A stretch of DNA of 64,000 nt from NCBI RefSeq assembly GCF_025526975.1, contig NW_026515704.1, forward strand, positions 1-64,000, read 5' to 3'. The notes beneath the pieces are model-generated. The model did no database searches. It saw nothing but the letters and a program-made list of their open reading frames with translations, and was not told the origin of the DNA. Positions 43,701 to 56,951 of the stretch are shown here, one piece after another; within the stretch, counting starts at the first letter, position 1; every line of letters begins with the position of its first letter. The stretch is from Fimicolochytrium jonesii. Its lineage: Eukaryota. The translations under genes and the position numbers were made by a program.

Positions 43701-46700
43701 TTGCATGCGCTCCTCAATGCACTTTCGATCAGCCTGTTTCAGTTGCTCCGTTGGGTCGCTGATACCCCATTGGTCTGGTACCTTCGGGATGTACCCGATG
43801 TCGATCTTGTACGGGGACATGCCCGTGGAGGTCTGGGGCGTCCTGTTGTAGTTGTACTCGAGGATGGGAAGCATCTCGCGCCAGTTCGAGCCGGTGTAGT
43901 TCAGGTAGGGGAGCATCATCTTCTTGATTGTCTTGATGACGTTCTCCGTCTTGCCGTCAGTCTGTTGGTGTCGTGCTGCCAAGAGTTCTTGCTCTACGCC
44001 GGCGCACTTCAGGAGGTGCTTCCAAAAGGCGCCGGTCCTCTTGGTGTCCCGGTCGCTGACGATCGTGTGGGGCATGCCCGTGATGCGGAAGGCCTGGTCG
44101 AAAAACAGCTGGGCGAGTTCCTTTGCCGTCGCCTTGGCGTGGGTCTCGAGGAGGTTTACGCGGCTGGATAAGTAGTCCACCAGGATGAGGACGGCTCCCT
44201 TGTCCATGACGGATTCGTCTCCCGCTTCCCCCCCCTTAGAGTTTGTCGTGGGGAAGTAGATGTCTAAGCCGATGCAACGCCAGCGCTCGTCGGGGACCGG
44301 AATGCTGCGTAGGAGCCCGAAGTTGGAAGCCTGCTTGTTGCGTTGGCAGTCAGGACAAGTCCGGACGTACTGGTGGACCTCGCGCTTGAGGCGGGGCCAG
44401 TAGTAGAGCGCGAGGAGTTTGGCGACGGTGCGCTGGACACCCGAGTGGCCGCCGTTGGCCAGGGAGTCGTGATAGAACCTGAGGAGGGGGCCCCGAAGGC
44501 CCTCGGGGACATAGCGGCGGCCATGGTACAAAAGGAAGCCGTGGTCGTCGCGCGTGAGGCGGCAGGCAAAACCCGAGAGGGTAGAGGGGTCGTCGGGGTT
44601 CGTCGCGGTGGTCTGCAGGTGGGAAAGGGTGTCCTTGCAGAACTTGTCATCGGCAAGCGCAGTGAGCCACTCGGCGTCGGTAGGAGGCGGCCGGTGATGT
44701 ACGGTAGAGGTGTCCCGGTGACAATGGAGAACACTTCGACCTTCAACTGACAGCTGGCGCACTTCGGGGCGTACAGCCGTGTGCGGCTGAGTATGTCGGC
44801 GATGTGATTGAACTCGCCGGGGAGGCATTCGATAGTGAAGTCGTAGTCCTGAAGGAACTCCACCCAGCCAGCCTGGCGCAGGGAGAGATGAGGCTGATTC
44901 TGGAGGCATATGAGGGATTCGTGGTCGACGAATGCACGGAATTGGCAACCAATGAGGTAATGGCGGTTAGCGCGGATCACTTTGACCAATGCGAGGAGCC
45001 CCTGTTCGTGCACGGGGTATCGGGTTTCGGCCGGAGCCATCTTGCGTGAGTAATATGAGATGACGCGGAGGCGCGGAAGGTTATTGAGGCCCTTTTTTGT
45101 GGTGGGCAGTGGATTCGGCATGGGAAAGTTGCCGTCCCTGCCCTGACGATTCCAGCCCCCTACGGCGAAGCCCGACGCGTCAGAGAAGACGTAGGGGAAC
45201 TTATCGGGGTCAAACAACGCCAGGCAAGGGGCATCGGCGACGCGCGCCTTGATGGTGTCGAATGCTGCTTGTTCCTCGGCGCCCCACTGCCACGGGCGGG
45301 TGCCGGATTGAAGGTTGGTCAGTGGGAGGGCTGTGTCAGCATAATGCGGAATGTATTCCTTGACATAGTTGACTAGCCCCATAACGGAGAGGAGCTCGAG
45401 GGTGCTGGTGGGTTCGGGTCGAGCGCAGACAGCCTCGACCTTGGACGGGGCGATGGAGAGGCCGTCCTTACCGACCATGTGCCTGCAGAACTCGACCTGG
45501 TCCACTGCCCACTGACATTTGGACGGTTTCACGTGGAGGCGGTGAGACGAGAGGGTCTTGAGCACTTCACTGACATGCCCGCTGTGTGAGTCCATGTTGG
45601 GGCTGAAAATAAGGATGTCATTAAGGTAAGAGATGAGGTATGAATCGTACTTGTCACCCAGGAGTTTGTTCGTGAGGCGTTGGAACGTCGCGGGCGCGTT
45701 CGTCAGCCCAAAGGGTAATACGTTGTACTGGAAGTGGCCGAAGCGCGTCCGGAAGGCAGTCTTCTCACGGTCTTCCTCCCAAATGAGGATGCAGTGGTAG
45801 GCATCGTGGATGTCGATAGCGGTGAAGACCTTCATGCCGACGAGGCGGTCCCGAAGCTCGTTGAGGTTTGGGAGGGGTGTGGCGTCCTTATGGGTCATCT
45901 TGTTGAGGCGGCCCGGTAGTTGATGCAGCAGCGGAGGCCACCGTCCTTCTTCAGGGCAAACAGTATGGGTGCCCCCAAGGGGCTCTTAGAGTGGGAGATC
46001 CACCCGCGGGATGATAGGCGCTCGAGTTGCTGCCGTAGCTTGTCAAGTTCATCGGGGGCCAAGTGGCGGAGTGGGAGCATGACAGGCTTGGAGCCGGGCT
46101 TCAGATTAATGCTGAAGTTGTCGTTGCCGCGGTCCGGCGGGAGGCCGGTCTGTTCCGTGAAGAGGGTTTCTGTAAACTGTTCCAACGTGGGGCGAAGAGG
46201 GTGGTTGGCGGCGACCGACGCGAGTGGATCCTGTGGGGTGGTATCCAGAGTGGGCGTTGCCTTTCGGTCCGCAAGGATCGCACGTTTCTTCGCCTTGACC
46301 GTGCAAACAAAGTTAGCCTCGGCTTCGGCGACGTCCGTGAGGGCGTCGTCTGTGGCCAGGTCCACCCCCGTGTCCGTGCGTGAGACCCATGCAGTATAGT
46401 CTTCGGTGGTCTTATCCCTCTTGATCGCTCGCTTGAATTGTTTGGCCGTGAGGAAGCCCTCCTCATTCAAGGCCACGCGCTTTGGGTAGAAATGGCAGGG
46501 GCAAGGGCCGTATGAGGTTCGAGTAACCGGGCTGCGCAAGCGCTGGGTTGTTGCCATCGGCGGGTGGTAGGTTGAGCTCGGAAAGTTAGTACGGTTGCAT
46601 TAGCCTCGAATTGAGGCGCCGGGAATCCATTGTCGCGCCATAAGCGTATGAGGTCAAGGTCCAGGATGTAGGGTAGCCCTAGATTAACATCCGCGCGGAT

Positions 46701-48846
46701 TGGGGCCACGACGAACGGGACCCAAGGGGTCTTATGAGGTATTCGTTCCTCCGTGAAGACGGAGAGGTCGGCACAAATCATTTGTGTGGCGCCGTATGAT
46801 CCGGCTTTGTCACCCCAGCGCACCTCAAGCGGCGTGGGACAGTCGTACGTGTTAATATCATGGCGATGGGCGAATGAGTCGCTGATGAGCATGGTATTGC
46901 AACCAGTGTCTATGAGGATGCGGCAGAAGATACCGCCAACACGTCCATGGACCATGAACGTGTGCTTGTCGATGACGGGCCCCGGGCGGTATTCCGGAAT
47001 GGTGTCCTGCAGTCAGGGTCCAGTAGGTCCCTCGGGTTGTCTGGACGCTGAGGCGCTGCAGGCGGTCAGGCCCTGGGGAGAAAATCCTGACTGTGGACGG
47101 AGTATGCGGGGCTCGGGGGCTCCTCCGCGGCCAAATGGAACTCGTCATTGTCATCGTCGAAGGCCTCGGCGGGCGCTGCCGAGATCTTGAGTCGGTCCGG
47201 GTTCTTAGGGCACGCTCGGGCGTAGTGGTCCTTGCTGCCGCAAGTGTGACATTTGCCTCGCTGAGTTTTCCTCTCCTTCCCAAGGGGTACTCGGTTGGAG
47301 TTGAAGGTGCGGGGCGTATCGCGCTTGTCGCGAGCCTGGGACGGAGTGGCCGTAGCGGGTTGGATCCGTTTGCCATCTTACGAAATGCGGGCGATCCCGT
47401 CGGCATAACCCCCGATGCGGAAGGCCCTCTGGGCGGCTTCCTGAAGGGTCTTGATGGCGGTGTCTTCGTCCTCGTTGCCCTGTTGTAGGATGAACTGGTA
47501 ACACTGCTCACGGATGCGACGTCCGACCTGGTGGAAGGTCAGCCCGTTCAGGAAGTACTCACGTTCCTGTCGCGGCGTGAGATGTTCCTTTTTGGGGAGG
47601 ATAGCGATCTGTGTGGTCAGTGCGTTGAAGGCCAAAACGTGGTCTGACATGCTGTCTTTGAACTTCAGGGCGGCCAGTTTCGCCTCGACTGAATTACGGA
47701 GGTTGGCGGGGTAGAACCTGCGCCTGAGCGCTTTCAGGAACCGTTCCTGGGTGGCGGGAGGCTCTCCAGAGCGAGCCTCGAGCTTCCACCACTCAGCGGC
47801 GTCTCCCGACAAGTGGGCTACGAAGTGTTTCACGTCCCCGTCCTCCGTTCTGAATTCGGTGGCTTCCAGATAGCGTAGGTGGGCGACGACGAACTTGTCC
47901 AGTTTGGCGACCATGTCTTTACCGTTAGCCTTACCGTCGAACTTGGTCAGCATCTTAGCCAAGGTGGTTCGGAACTCCTTCTCGGCGGCCGCCTTGCGCT
48001 TACGCTCTTCGCTAGCCGCCAAATGGTCCTCGCGGCTAACATGTACTCCAGCAAAGGGGCTGTCATCTGGGCGGTCCCTCTCCAGGCGCTCGAATCGCTG
48101 CTGGAGTTGGGCGTTGGTGTTGGCCAGCTGGGCTAGGATTTGGAGGATTGTTGCCTGTCCGTTCTCTTGTCAGGCTGGGGTACGGCTCCTGCGCCGCATC
48201 GGGGAGCGGCTTCGGGTCCTTGCCAGGGAGCGGCTGCGGTAGCGGCTTGCTGAGCGGCCCCTTTGACAGGGTGGGGAGATGCTCCTGCGACCTTGTCGTC
48301 CGCGCCTGTATCGCTCTGGCATCCGATTCCGGCGTCGGGGGTCCGGGCTTTGACGTCGACGAGGTGAGCATGAGCAGGAGTGCCTCCTTCCAGGTGGCGA
48401 CCACGGGGTGACTCCCTGCGCCTGTGCAAGGGGCGGTTACGCTGTTCGGGGCCGTTGCCTTGGCGTTGGTCGCCGTCGAGCCATTGCGCCCTTCGATGCG
48501 GGTGTTCAAATGGATCAAGTTCTAAGCGGTCATTGTTGACTATCGCATATCTGACGGCGGTATTAGCACCCGCCTGAGAGTTGCTCATTGTAGGTTGCCG
48601 GAGAGATCTTGAAGGGTGGTGCTACCATGTAAAAATGCTAGGTCCGTTGCCAGAGGCTAGTTCTGTCTCCGCTCAATGTATTGAAAGAATTCTAGAGTTT
48701 CTACCTCCCGGGGCGCCGCCCGAAGGCTTTTCTTCCCTTTGGGAGTCACCCCAGAGCGTAGGACTCCAATATAATCTATGCTACACATGATCTCATGCCC
48801 TACGCGTTTCCCCGCGCTATGGTGACACCTGCAGCACCTCATTACA
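43701..48846 (-). mobile_element. Family B copy B2, inverted, 3'-truncated within integrase
   Basis: 5' LTR 48628-48846, PBS, gag from ATG 48588, protease, RT (YLND), RNase H and partial integrase; fused to the B1 3' LTR at ~43700. Confidence 0.93.
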
Positions 48847-49609
48847 GAAACTGATGGATGGATGGATGCCGGGGGTTGCCACCGGTAACTAGGGAAATCG
48901 CTATAGCCACGCGGAAAGTTGTGGGAATGGTGCAGAATGCTCAAAAGTGGTACACCACGCATGGACGAAGCGGACGGACGCTGGGGGGGGGGATACTCTT
49001 GCGGTTGTGACGACGGTGTGTGTGTTCCCAAAACACCTATGTACTTCCCATTCTTCCCCAGAATGAGGTAGGCAGGGTTATATAGATGTACATTGGGTGA
49101 AGAAGAAAAGAGGAAGCCGGCGCCAGTTGCGCGCGGATATGTACAAGTATCAAAACACAACAACAAGTCATGTGACTGAGGGATATAAACTAGCTAGTGG
49201 GTTAGGGTTACCGCTGGGAGCTAGGGTTACCGTAGAGAGCTAGGGTTGCGGAAATATGACTCGGCTCCCTACCACACCACAACTGCACCCTAGACAACAT
49301 TCTTGACGCAATTGTCGCCAGATACCCTACCACCCCCCCGGACTTACCCCCACACCCACATCCTCCTACGCTCAAGGCCAACATTAAACTCTCCTTGCAG
49401 CAACTCCTCTGGTACAAGGACATCATCCCTCTCCCCGACTCCACCGCGCCTGCAGCAATCCTCAACTGGTGGCTTGGAGGGCTTGCCAGCTGCTAAGGCG
49501 GCAGAGCATGCTTTCTGATTTTGGTTTGTTGAATCCTTCGGCTGCATGGTGCTTTCTGAAGGAACCGGCAAGGGGATACCCAGCTCTCTATTCTAGATTC
49601 ATATGCGAA

Positions 49610-49883
49610 TAGGGGGCGAAGCCAGGGCTCATAACCTGTTAGCCATAGTTGGCAAAGGAATATAGATCGAGAATGGAACCCGTGTAGGGAAGACGAAGCC
49701 CTATATTGTATGAAGTGTATACAGTCTTGTCTGAAGACCGAAAGGAGGACGCAAGGTCCGGGGCAGTAAGAAAAGGGAGAAGTCACATACGCGGAAGCAT
49801 GGCGTAAGCGGAAGTGAAGTCACGTGAGGAAATAAACTATGGGAACCCCTAACCGGGGACTCGGGAGGATGATACCTCCAACA
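49610..49883 (-). mobile_element. Relic LTR of family C
   Basis: Reverse complement begins TGTTGGAGGTATCATCCTCCCGAGTCC, as at 23645. Confidence 0.6.
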
Positions 49884-50241
49884 AAGCAATCTCACGGACA
49901 CGGGGCCACAGAAGGGCTGAAACGTGGCCGCGATGTCGCTAGTAGGACTATCTTATCACTCGCGCTGAGGGCGAGCGCCATGTTATTACCCGTGCCATGT
50001 CCATCCACCACCCGCACGGGCTATGAATTGCGATGGCATACCCGTCTGACCCTCTATTTGTTAGCATGTCTCCGGAACCACCAAAGTCCTGCTCGAATAT
50101 TCAGCCTACGGTACGCACAAAATACAACAGAGGCATCTGAATTTCATTATCTAGTCTATTACTACACCCAAAAAGTACAGTACGCCGTGTCCAATTGAAC
50201 ATTGCTCCCAGAGCGTGCCTTCCATAACTCCACTCCAGTCA

Positions 50242-50904
50242 CTATACAAGTGCATCCGTCAGGAACTGCCCACCGCCCAACCCCGAGTCCACAAAGTCAT
50301 TCACGGAATACGCGAACGCAGCCGGATCCAAAATCTTGATCACTTCCGCCATCTTCAACCTCACAACAAGCTTAGTATTCTTCTTCCGGACATCATCAGG
50401 CAGGATCGAATTGTGCTCGTAGTACAGCGCGCCCTCCACCTCGACAACCGTGCAAGTGGCCGGCTCAATCGTGTCCGTGCTTATCTGCACAACCAGCTCC
50501 GGGTTGACAGCCACAACTCGTGGGATGCCGTTAACAGGCGGGGTTGCGAGCGGTAGGATGCGGAAGGAGGGGAGGTAGCGCGGAACGAACTGGTGGAAGG
50601 TGAGGCCCTTGGGGATTAAGCACATGGCGCCGTGGTAGCCGACGGTTGGCATGCTGATTCGACGGTCGTTTTGCACACTGGAGATTTGGCTCCGGTTGAC
50701 GAACTTCAGGTCGGGGCCGCCGTTGATTTTGATTTGAACCGGGATGAGGCGGGGTACCGGTGCTGGTGCCGGGTTAAACGGGGGATCGGGACGGGAAGGA
50801 ACTGCAGGAGCGTGTGATGCGGACGCAGGTGAAGCTCTCCCGCCGGCGCTGTGGAGCGAAATCGCTTCGACGTCTTGGTACGAGGGAAGTGTTTCCTTTG
50901 TCAT
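50242..50904 (-). CDS. Hypothetical host protein (220 aa) with an N-terminal LPSY motif
   Basis: ATG ORF MTKETLPSYQDVE..., low-complexity N-terminus followed by a globular-looking region. Confidence 0.6.
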   Translation of the reverse strand: MTKETLPSYQDVEAISLHSAGGRASPASASHAPAVPSRPDPPFNPAPAPVPRLIPVQIKINGGPDLKFVNRSQISSVQNDRRISMPTVGYHGAMCLIPKGLTFHQFVPRYLPSFRILPLATPPVNGIPRVVAVNPELVVQISTDTIEPATCTVVEVEGALYYEHNSILPDDVRKKNTKLVVRLKMAEVIKILDPAAFAYSVNDFVDSGLGGGQFLTDALV

Positions 50905-51774
50905 TGGTGGGTGGTTGGAAGTGGAAAAAAAGCCGAGTGATGCAGTCGGTCGTTGTACTGGTGGAAACTGAAAGAGACAACGCCTTCCCGCCGTAGGTTT
51001 AAGTAGATCTCCTCGAGTGAGAGGGTTGTGCCTGTCCCTACAGTACTGTATTTCCAGACGTCGGATGCTGACCTCCATGGCCAAGTGCCCAAAGTTGCCG
51101 TTGTCTTTTCCTTAAAAAAATTGCGGCCGAAAATCTGAGGCGGTGATGGGGACCGCAGATCTTTGACAGCGGCGTGATCGGCAAAGCACTGTCACTTCTA
51201 TTTCCACAGTTTCAGCATTTTACTGTTTCGAATGGAAGATATGCTGGGTCCTGATCCACCGTCCTGATTCCTGAATCCTTGAGCCAAAAGGGCTTTATTT
51301 AGGCCTTGTAGCGGAAAACTTATGACTGAGAAGGTCCTGTCAATTGTCGCTCTGATGTGGTCCTGGTCAGTTGTGACGCTCATATCAATGGTTCGGCTTG
51401 GCCACAGACGGAAAGGCCTATCCGTTATGTCTGGCTGAAGGCGCACGTGTGGCCTATCGATCAAATTAATTCATTTCATGGACATCACTGGGGAATCATC
51501 GCTTCACATCATTCATTGATTTCGCGGGTTTTTTGCTATTTAGAAACACTGGAAACCCCCACCCCAACGTAAGACAACCCATGAGAAAGGAAAATTAAAA
51601 ACACACACAAGCACTACAAAAGGGAAAGAATCTCAACGACGAACGGGGCGCTATTCCCTCTCCGCAACGTTCCCGCCCCCATTCGCTTCACTGGCATTTT
51701 TCGTTCGGTTTTGCTTTATCGGCTCCCAAGACTATTGTGGTCGGCAAGTTCCCCGTCACTCTTCGGGCGTCTAT

Positions 51775-53369
51775 CTAACCGAGGGCGTTGGCGAGGGCCA
51801 AGTTCACGCCGTTGGTGGCGGGGACTGGTAGTGCGGCGGCCTGTCCTGGCTGTGTATCAATGTCCATGCCGCCCTGTGATGATCGATGCCAAGTGTGAGT
51901 GAGGCGACTTGAGGACCAATTGCCATTGCGCATAGATTATCCTTACATCATCTTTCATGTAAGCTTCCATCTCCGCATCAAGTTCATCTTGCGTCTTGGG
52001 CGCCTTCTTGTGGGTAGCTCCAACACCCCCCGCGCCACGACGGCGGTCTCCTCGGCGTCCACTAGGGGTTCCGTTACGACTGATTCCGATGGACATGGTA
52101 AGTTTACGACAATGATGGCATTAACGCCCCGGTGAACACATACCCCGCTCTTGGCGTTCCATTTCCAGCTCCTCCCTGACGACGAGGTGGGTTTCCCGTG
52201 CCACCAGCTTGACGAGCGATGGGCGCAGCGGCAGCGTCAGCCCGGACGATGAGCTCAATCTTCATTGGCTTGTTATCGAGAGCGCGGTTGTGGTATTCGC
52301 GGATGGCAGTGGCGGCGTCTCGCGCACGGTTGAAGATGACTGTGGCGACACCTTTCGAGCGTCCTTGAGCGTCGTAGTTGAGTTGCGCTGATCTGACGGG
52401 ACCTGGCAGATTGTGAGAAAACTACGTATCAGGAGTTGCTCCCGATATCGATGAAAGCGAAGTACGTAAAAAACTCACCAATCCGCGTGAACAATTCATG
52501 CACATCTTCCTGAGTCACCCCCTTTGCGAGGTTGGAGACAACGATTTTGTCGGAGAGTGCGGCAGGCGTTTGCTGTGCTGTTCCACCGGTATTCCTCGAT
52601 CCTGTAGATCCGTACGGGCTAGGACGGTTTCCCCGTCCACCTGGGCGACGGCTACGATCAGCTCCACCACCACCACCACCGTTGCGCCTTCCACCCCGGG
52701 GCTTGGCTTCAATCTGTTGTGTCAGAGGAAAGATTTGGCGAAAGCGAGGGACGTCAGGTATAAGAACAAGGTGCGGGTTGGCGAGCGCGTGCGTGAGGGA
52801 AAATAAGAGGGAGAAGGAGGGGGGCAGTTGTGCGATCAGCGAATGTTTTTCGAAATAGTCGGGCGCGGGATATCACAGAGGGAGCTCAGAGTGCAGCATC
52901 CAGGAAAGGAACGGTGCCTGTTTCCCACAGAGACCCAGGGAAACGGTTTGCGGAGGAGATCGTACGGCCCGCGAGAGGGACAATGATGTGAAAGACCAGT
53001 AAAGGCCCCTCAGACAATTGTGCCGTCCTCGCCTTCCATCCGGGCCGAAGTCCTGAAGGCGACTTGATCTCTCGCGAGTATGACACGTTGCCATTCCGCC
53101 AGCCTGCACGCCGGATCCGCGTTCTGAGTCCGTTGTCCCTTCCTCGCCAAGAGGGAGACATGCTGGGTCTCCTCTGCTCCCTCGATACCCAGGCAGGTTC
53201 CTCGCCGTTTGGCAACACCGGGAACAGCCCGTGTGCGAGGGGGGGGTACTCAACGGATCAAGAAGGGGTACTTATTTGTTTGTTATGCGCGACGACGTAC
53301 AATTTGATCCAAGGACATGTCGAGCAGACCGTCGAGACGCTGGTTGGCGGCGGGGGTTGTGGCGGCCAT
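51775..53369 (-). CDS. YRA1: mRNA export adaptor Yra1/ALYREF (THOC4). Exons 53369-53301, 52713-52479, 52402-52144, 52079-51947, 51873-51775
   Basis: N-box LDMSLDQI, RG-rich region, RRM (KIVVSNL...GRSKGVATVIF...YHNRALDNKPMKIEL), C-box KTQDELDAEMEAYM; GT-AG introns in phase. Confidence 0.92.
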
Positions 53370-54631
53370 CATATCGAATTTAACGGGGCGTCTTGGGTTG
53401 GTTATAGGTGAAGAAGAGGGTACGGTGACCTGGGGGATTGTGATCGTTTGTGTTCTGTTGTTGCGAGATTGCGTGTGCGCTCAACGTCGTCGATCTTGAG
53501 GGATTCGCCACTCCGAAGCGGGAAGATACATACAGTATCGGTGGGAACGTGTTTTGTGACTGTTATCTATCTATTGGTTTCAATTCTTTCGAAGCGGGTA
53601 AATCACTTCTCCAAACGCGATAGGCCCGCAACACCTCCCGTCTTCCTTTTATACTCTTCCTTCTCCTAGTACTATCGTCTGTCCTATCTATTGCGACGCT
53701 AATTATGGGGCTTGCGTGAGGAACCGAGTAAGTGGGCAAGTTTGTGGTGGGCTACGTGGGCTATTCCTGGCGGGGAAGCAACCGAGCCATCCCGAAGAGC
53801 TATCTTTGGGTTTATCCCACGTCATGTGACTAAACGGTTTTGGTTTTTCCCAAATCAAAGCTGCCCGAGCGTTTAAACATTCAGGCTGGAACCCAACAAA
53901 ATGACTATTAAACCACTCCGGATGTGTGTTGGAAATTAAGGGATGGCAACGGATATAAATAAAAGGAACAGGAACTAAACATTCCATCCATCCGCATTGA
54001 CGGGCGGATCGGATACGTGAGTACTACTAGATACTACAAGGTGGTAAGATGGAACAGATTGACGATGATGGTGGCAATGCAAAGAGAGCGATCGTGTCTA
54101 TGTGCAAGTTGTTTGTGTGCAAGCCGCCAGACCGTGCCTCAAAACACGTTTATTCGTAGATGACATCGCATGGTCATAGACGAACCTGTGCTGTGCCGCC
54201 GTGCCCGGAACCGTGGAAAGACTGAAAACGGCTGCCCGTAACGTGTGTCGCGCAGCGAATTTCTGTGCAGAGGGTAACAGCGCCCGGTAGAGCAACCTTG
54301 TCCTTGCGAAATCGATTTGTATCCACATATTCACAAATGTCCGTCATCCAAATTGCTACCCATCTCGCCCCTGTGGCCTCCCCCACATCACAACTATCCA
54401 CAAACTCCGCCCCAACACTGCCATCTCCACAGATTTCTATCCAAGTATCGAGCGTCCGAAGTAGGTAAAAGGGGAGAAGAAGCCACTAGGTTTTGCGGTC
54501 CAAAAGAATGATGCAATGCGAAAGAGCTACTGTGTCGCGTAAGCGATGGCTGTAACGCATGTTGTCGTAGCAGTGGGATGTGACGATGTTTTTGGTCGTG
54601 CAGGGCGAGCTGAGGTCGACGATGAGTTCCC

Positions 54632-55916
54632 TTACTCCTCCTCCTCATCGTTCGAATCCCCACAACTGCTCCCCAGGGCCGAGTCCGAATGCCATTCGGT
54701 CGACTCGGCACGTTTCAGTGTGGTGGTTCCCCCTGGGGGAGTATTTACCAACGTCACGGTGCCTGAGCGTGCACGGCGTCGGACTGCCGTTGTCTTCAAC
54801 GAGTGCGAGGACGTCTGTACCGTCGAGGAGATGGACTCGGGCTCGATGAGATCCACAATGTCAGTGATGGGACCGAGCTCGGGTGAAGATGATGGCGAGG
54901 ATTGTTGGGCTTTTGCGAGGGCTTTCTTCTGCATTGCCATTTCGTAGTCCGTGCCCATCCAGACATCCCAGAACGTGAAGAATGGCTGAATGGATTTGAT
55001 TAGGTTCGAGGTCGTCCTACCTCTCAACATGATGCAGAAAAGACAGTCACCTGAGAGAAGTTGTACAATCGCCCTTTTCCCCAGTGATGGATGTCATGAT
55101 ACACAGCATTGTTCCTGAAGAACCTCTGGAAAGGGTCCCAAGGTAATGCATATCCGCAGTGGTCATCCACCGTCTTCAATGTCGCGAGACAGAAAAAGAT
55201 CGTTGCCGTCCACGGGTGCATGTCCAAGATCAAGGCAGGAACACCTGAACCGATCGAGTCCATCAGGAAGCCTTCGACGGGGTGGTTGTAAAGCGCTCCG
55301 TATGCGTAGAGAACGGTGAGCTCGTGATGGACGCTGTGGAAGGTCCTGTACAGCCATCGGTTTGTGTGCATCCACCTATGCATCCAGTACTGTAGGGTAA
55401 CAGAGATCGACAATAAGCTCATGGAGCAATTGCAAACTGTTTGACTCGAAATTGCCGAGCCCTCACCTGATAGGAATCCAGCATGAGCGCGGCTGCTACG
55501 AGTTTCATTACGACGACCGGTACGCTCTCCATCTTTCTCGCCCCTCCCTCCCCATCCTCCGTCGTCAAGATCGCAAGCACGTACGCAACAAGCGCTTGCA
55601 ACGCATGTTGCACCGCAACCTGTTTCAAAACATGGCTGACGGTAATTTTGTTTTTCGGTCTCATTTTCTGGTCCGTGGGTATCTTGTGCAGCTCGATGGT
55701 CGTTATCTTCATGTACGACAGCACGAACAGGAACGTGGAGTATATCCAGTAGACTGCGATAGGGAGGACTATCATGCACCAATCGGCTGTTGAGAGCGTC
55801 GGAAGTGCGTCGTATGTGCATTGCAGGTATAGGAACGGGTGGGAAAGCGCATTGACGTTATCGCAAGTGTAATTCGCAGGGGAGTCGGAGTTTTGTGTTG
55901 TTGTCGGGGAGGACAT
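54632..55916 (-). CDS. SUR2: Sphinganine C4-hydroxylase (fatty acid hydroxylase superfamily). Exons 55916-55467, 55389-55051, 54985-54632
   Basis: His boxes HRWMH, HSVHH, HDIHH; YAYGALYNHPVEG, KTVDDHCGY, NFSQPFFTFWD. Confidence 0.93.
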
Positions 55917-56951
55917 TGTGAAGTCGGTAGCGGTGCTCGTGAACCACTTTGCACACAGCGTGGCGAGGCCGAAAGGGAAGTCGGCGAGCAAGCGAGCGGC
56001 AGCTGTCCCTGATGCTGCGTGGTGATGGAGGTTGGGAGGATAGCCTTCCATTGCGTCGTTGGCTTGGGTGAGTGACAGCGAGGAATGCGATGCGGTGAAG
56101 GCTTGAAGGAGTGTCTCGGCAGTGATACAGACTGCTCGGCCGAGTGCAAGCTTTGGCTTTCTGCTCTCTCCTCTGGGAATGCCAGTTGCGGGGGTGTTGG
56201 TGGGACTGTTGGTTATATTGGTTACCGACGATTCCAGTGCACTTTACGAACTGCGTCAGAGCCTTCGCCTTTCCGAGGGCTCGTTTAATTACAGTATGTC
56301 TTTTTCCCGTGAGTTGTTGACCGTGTGGGTTGGCTTTCTCCGCTCGCTTCACGGAACTCCCGCGTAACTGACTAAGTGGGCGCACAAAAACCGGCGTAAA
56401 CCTTTGATGACGAAGCCCGGTTGCGGGCACTTGGGCAGGCGAGGCTTTTCCACTTTCTCCCACGCTTTTCGGCGTTTTCGCCAAGCCCTTGTTGGAACTT
56501 GGACCCAACCGAGTTACTGACGCCGGCTCAACCAAAACCTTCTCGATTGCCCTTTTTGACACCTTTTCGCGCGCAGCCTCTCTCTTCGCGCATGCACAGT
56601 GGTGAGCGCAGAATCGATGGATGTGATGGTTGGATCTGTCTTCGCCGTTGCTGTTCCTCTTGTTCCTCACTCTGGTCTGTCTGTCTGTGTGGGCTCTCGC
56701 CTGGCAGATACTGTATCTCTCTTTGACCTGTTCTTTTTCAAATCCATGTCCATGTCAACGTCAAGGGGATCCGAGGAAGCGAAGAGCCGGACGCGTTTTT
56801 AAGCGCAGACGGCAGCCAATCATATGAAGGGTCGGATTACATATCCTGCTGCTTATCGGATTTTTTCGTGCGGTTTATTCCCCTCCCCAGGGCCCGTGGG
56901 CTCATGTGACGCAGATTTCGACGGCCATGAAAGCCTTTACCATTATGAGTA

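Noticed and set aside
49198..49247. GGGTTAGGGTTA and spaced CTAGGGTT motifs
   Set aside because: Too short and degenerate to call a telomeric insertion without an empty-site comparison; probably part of a TE relic.
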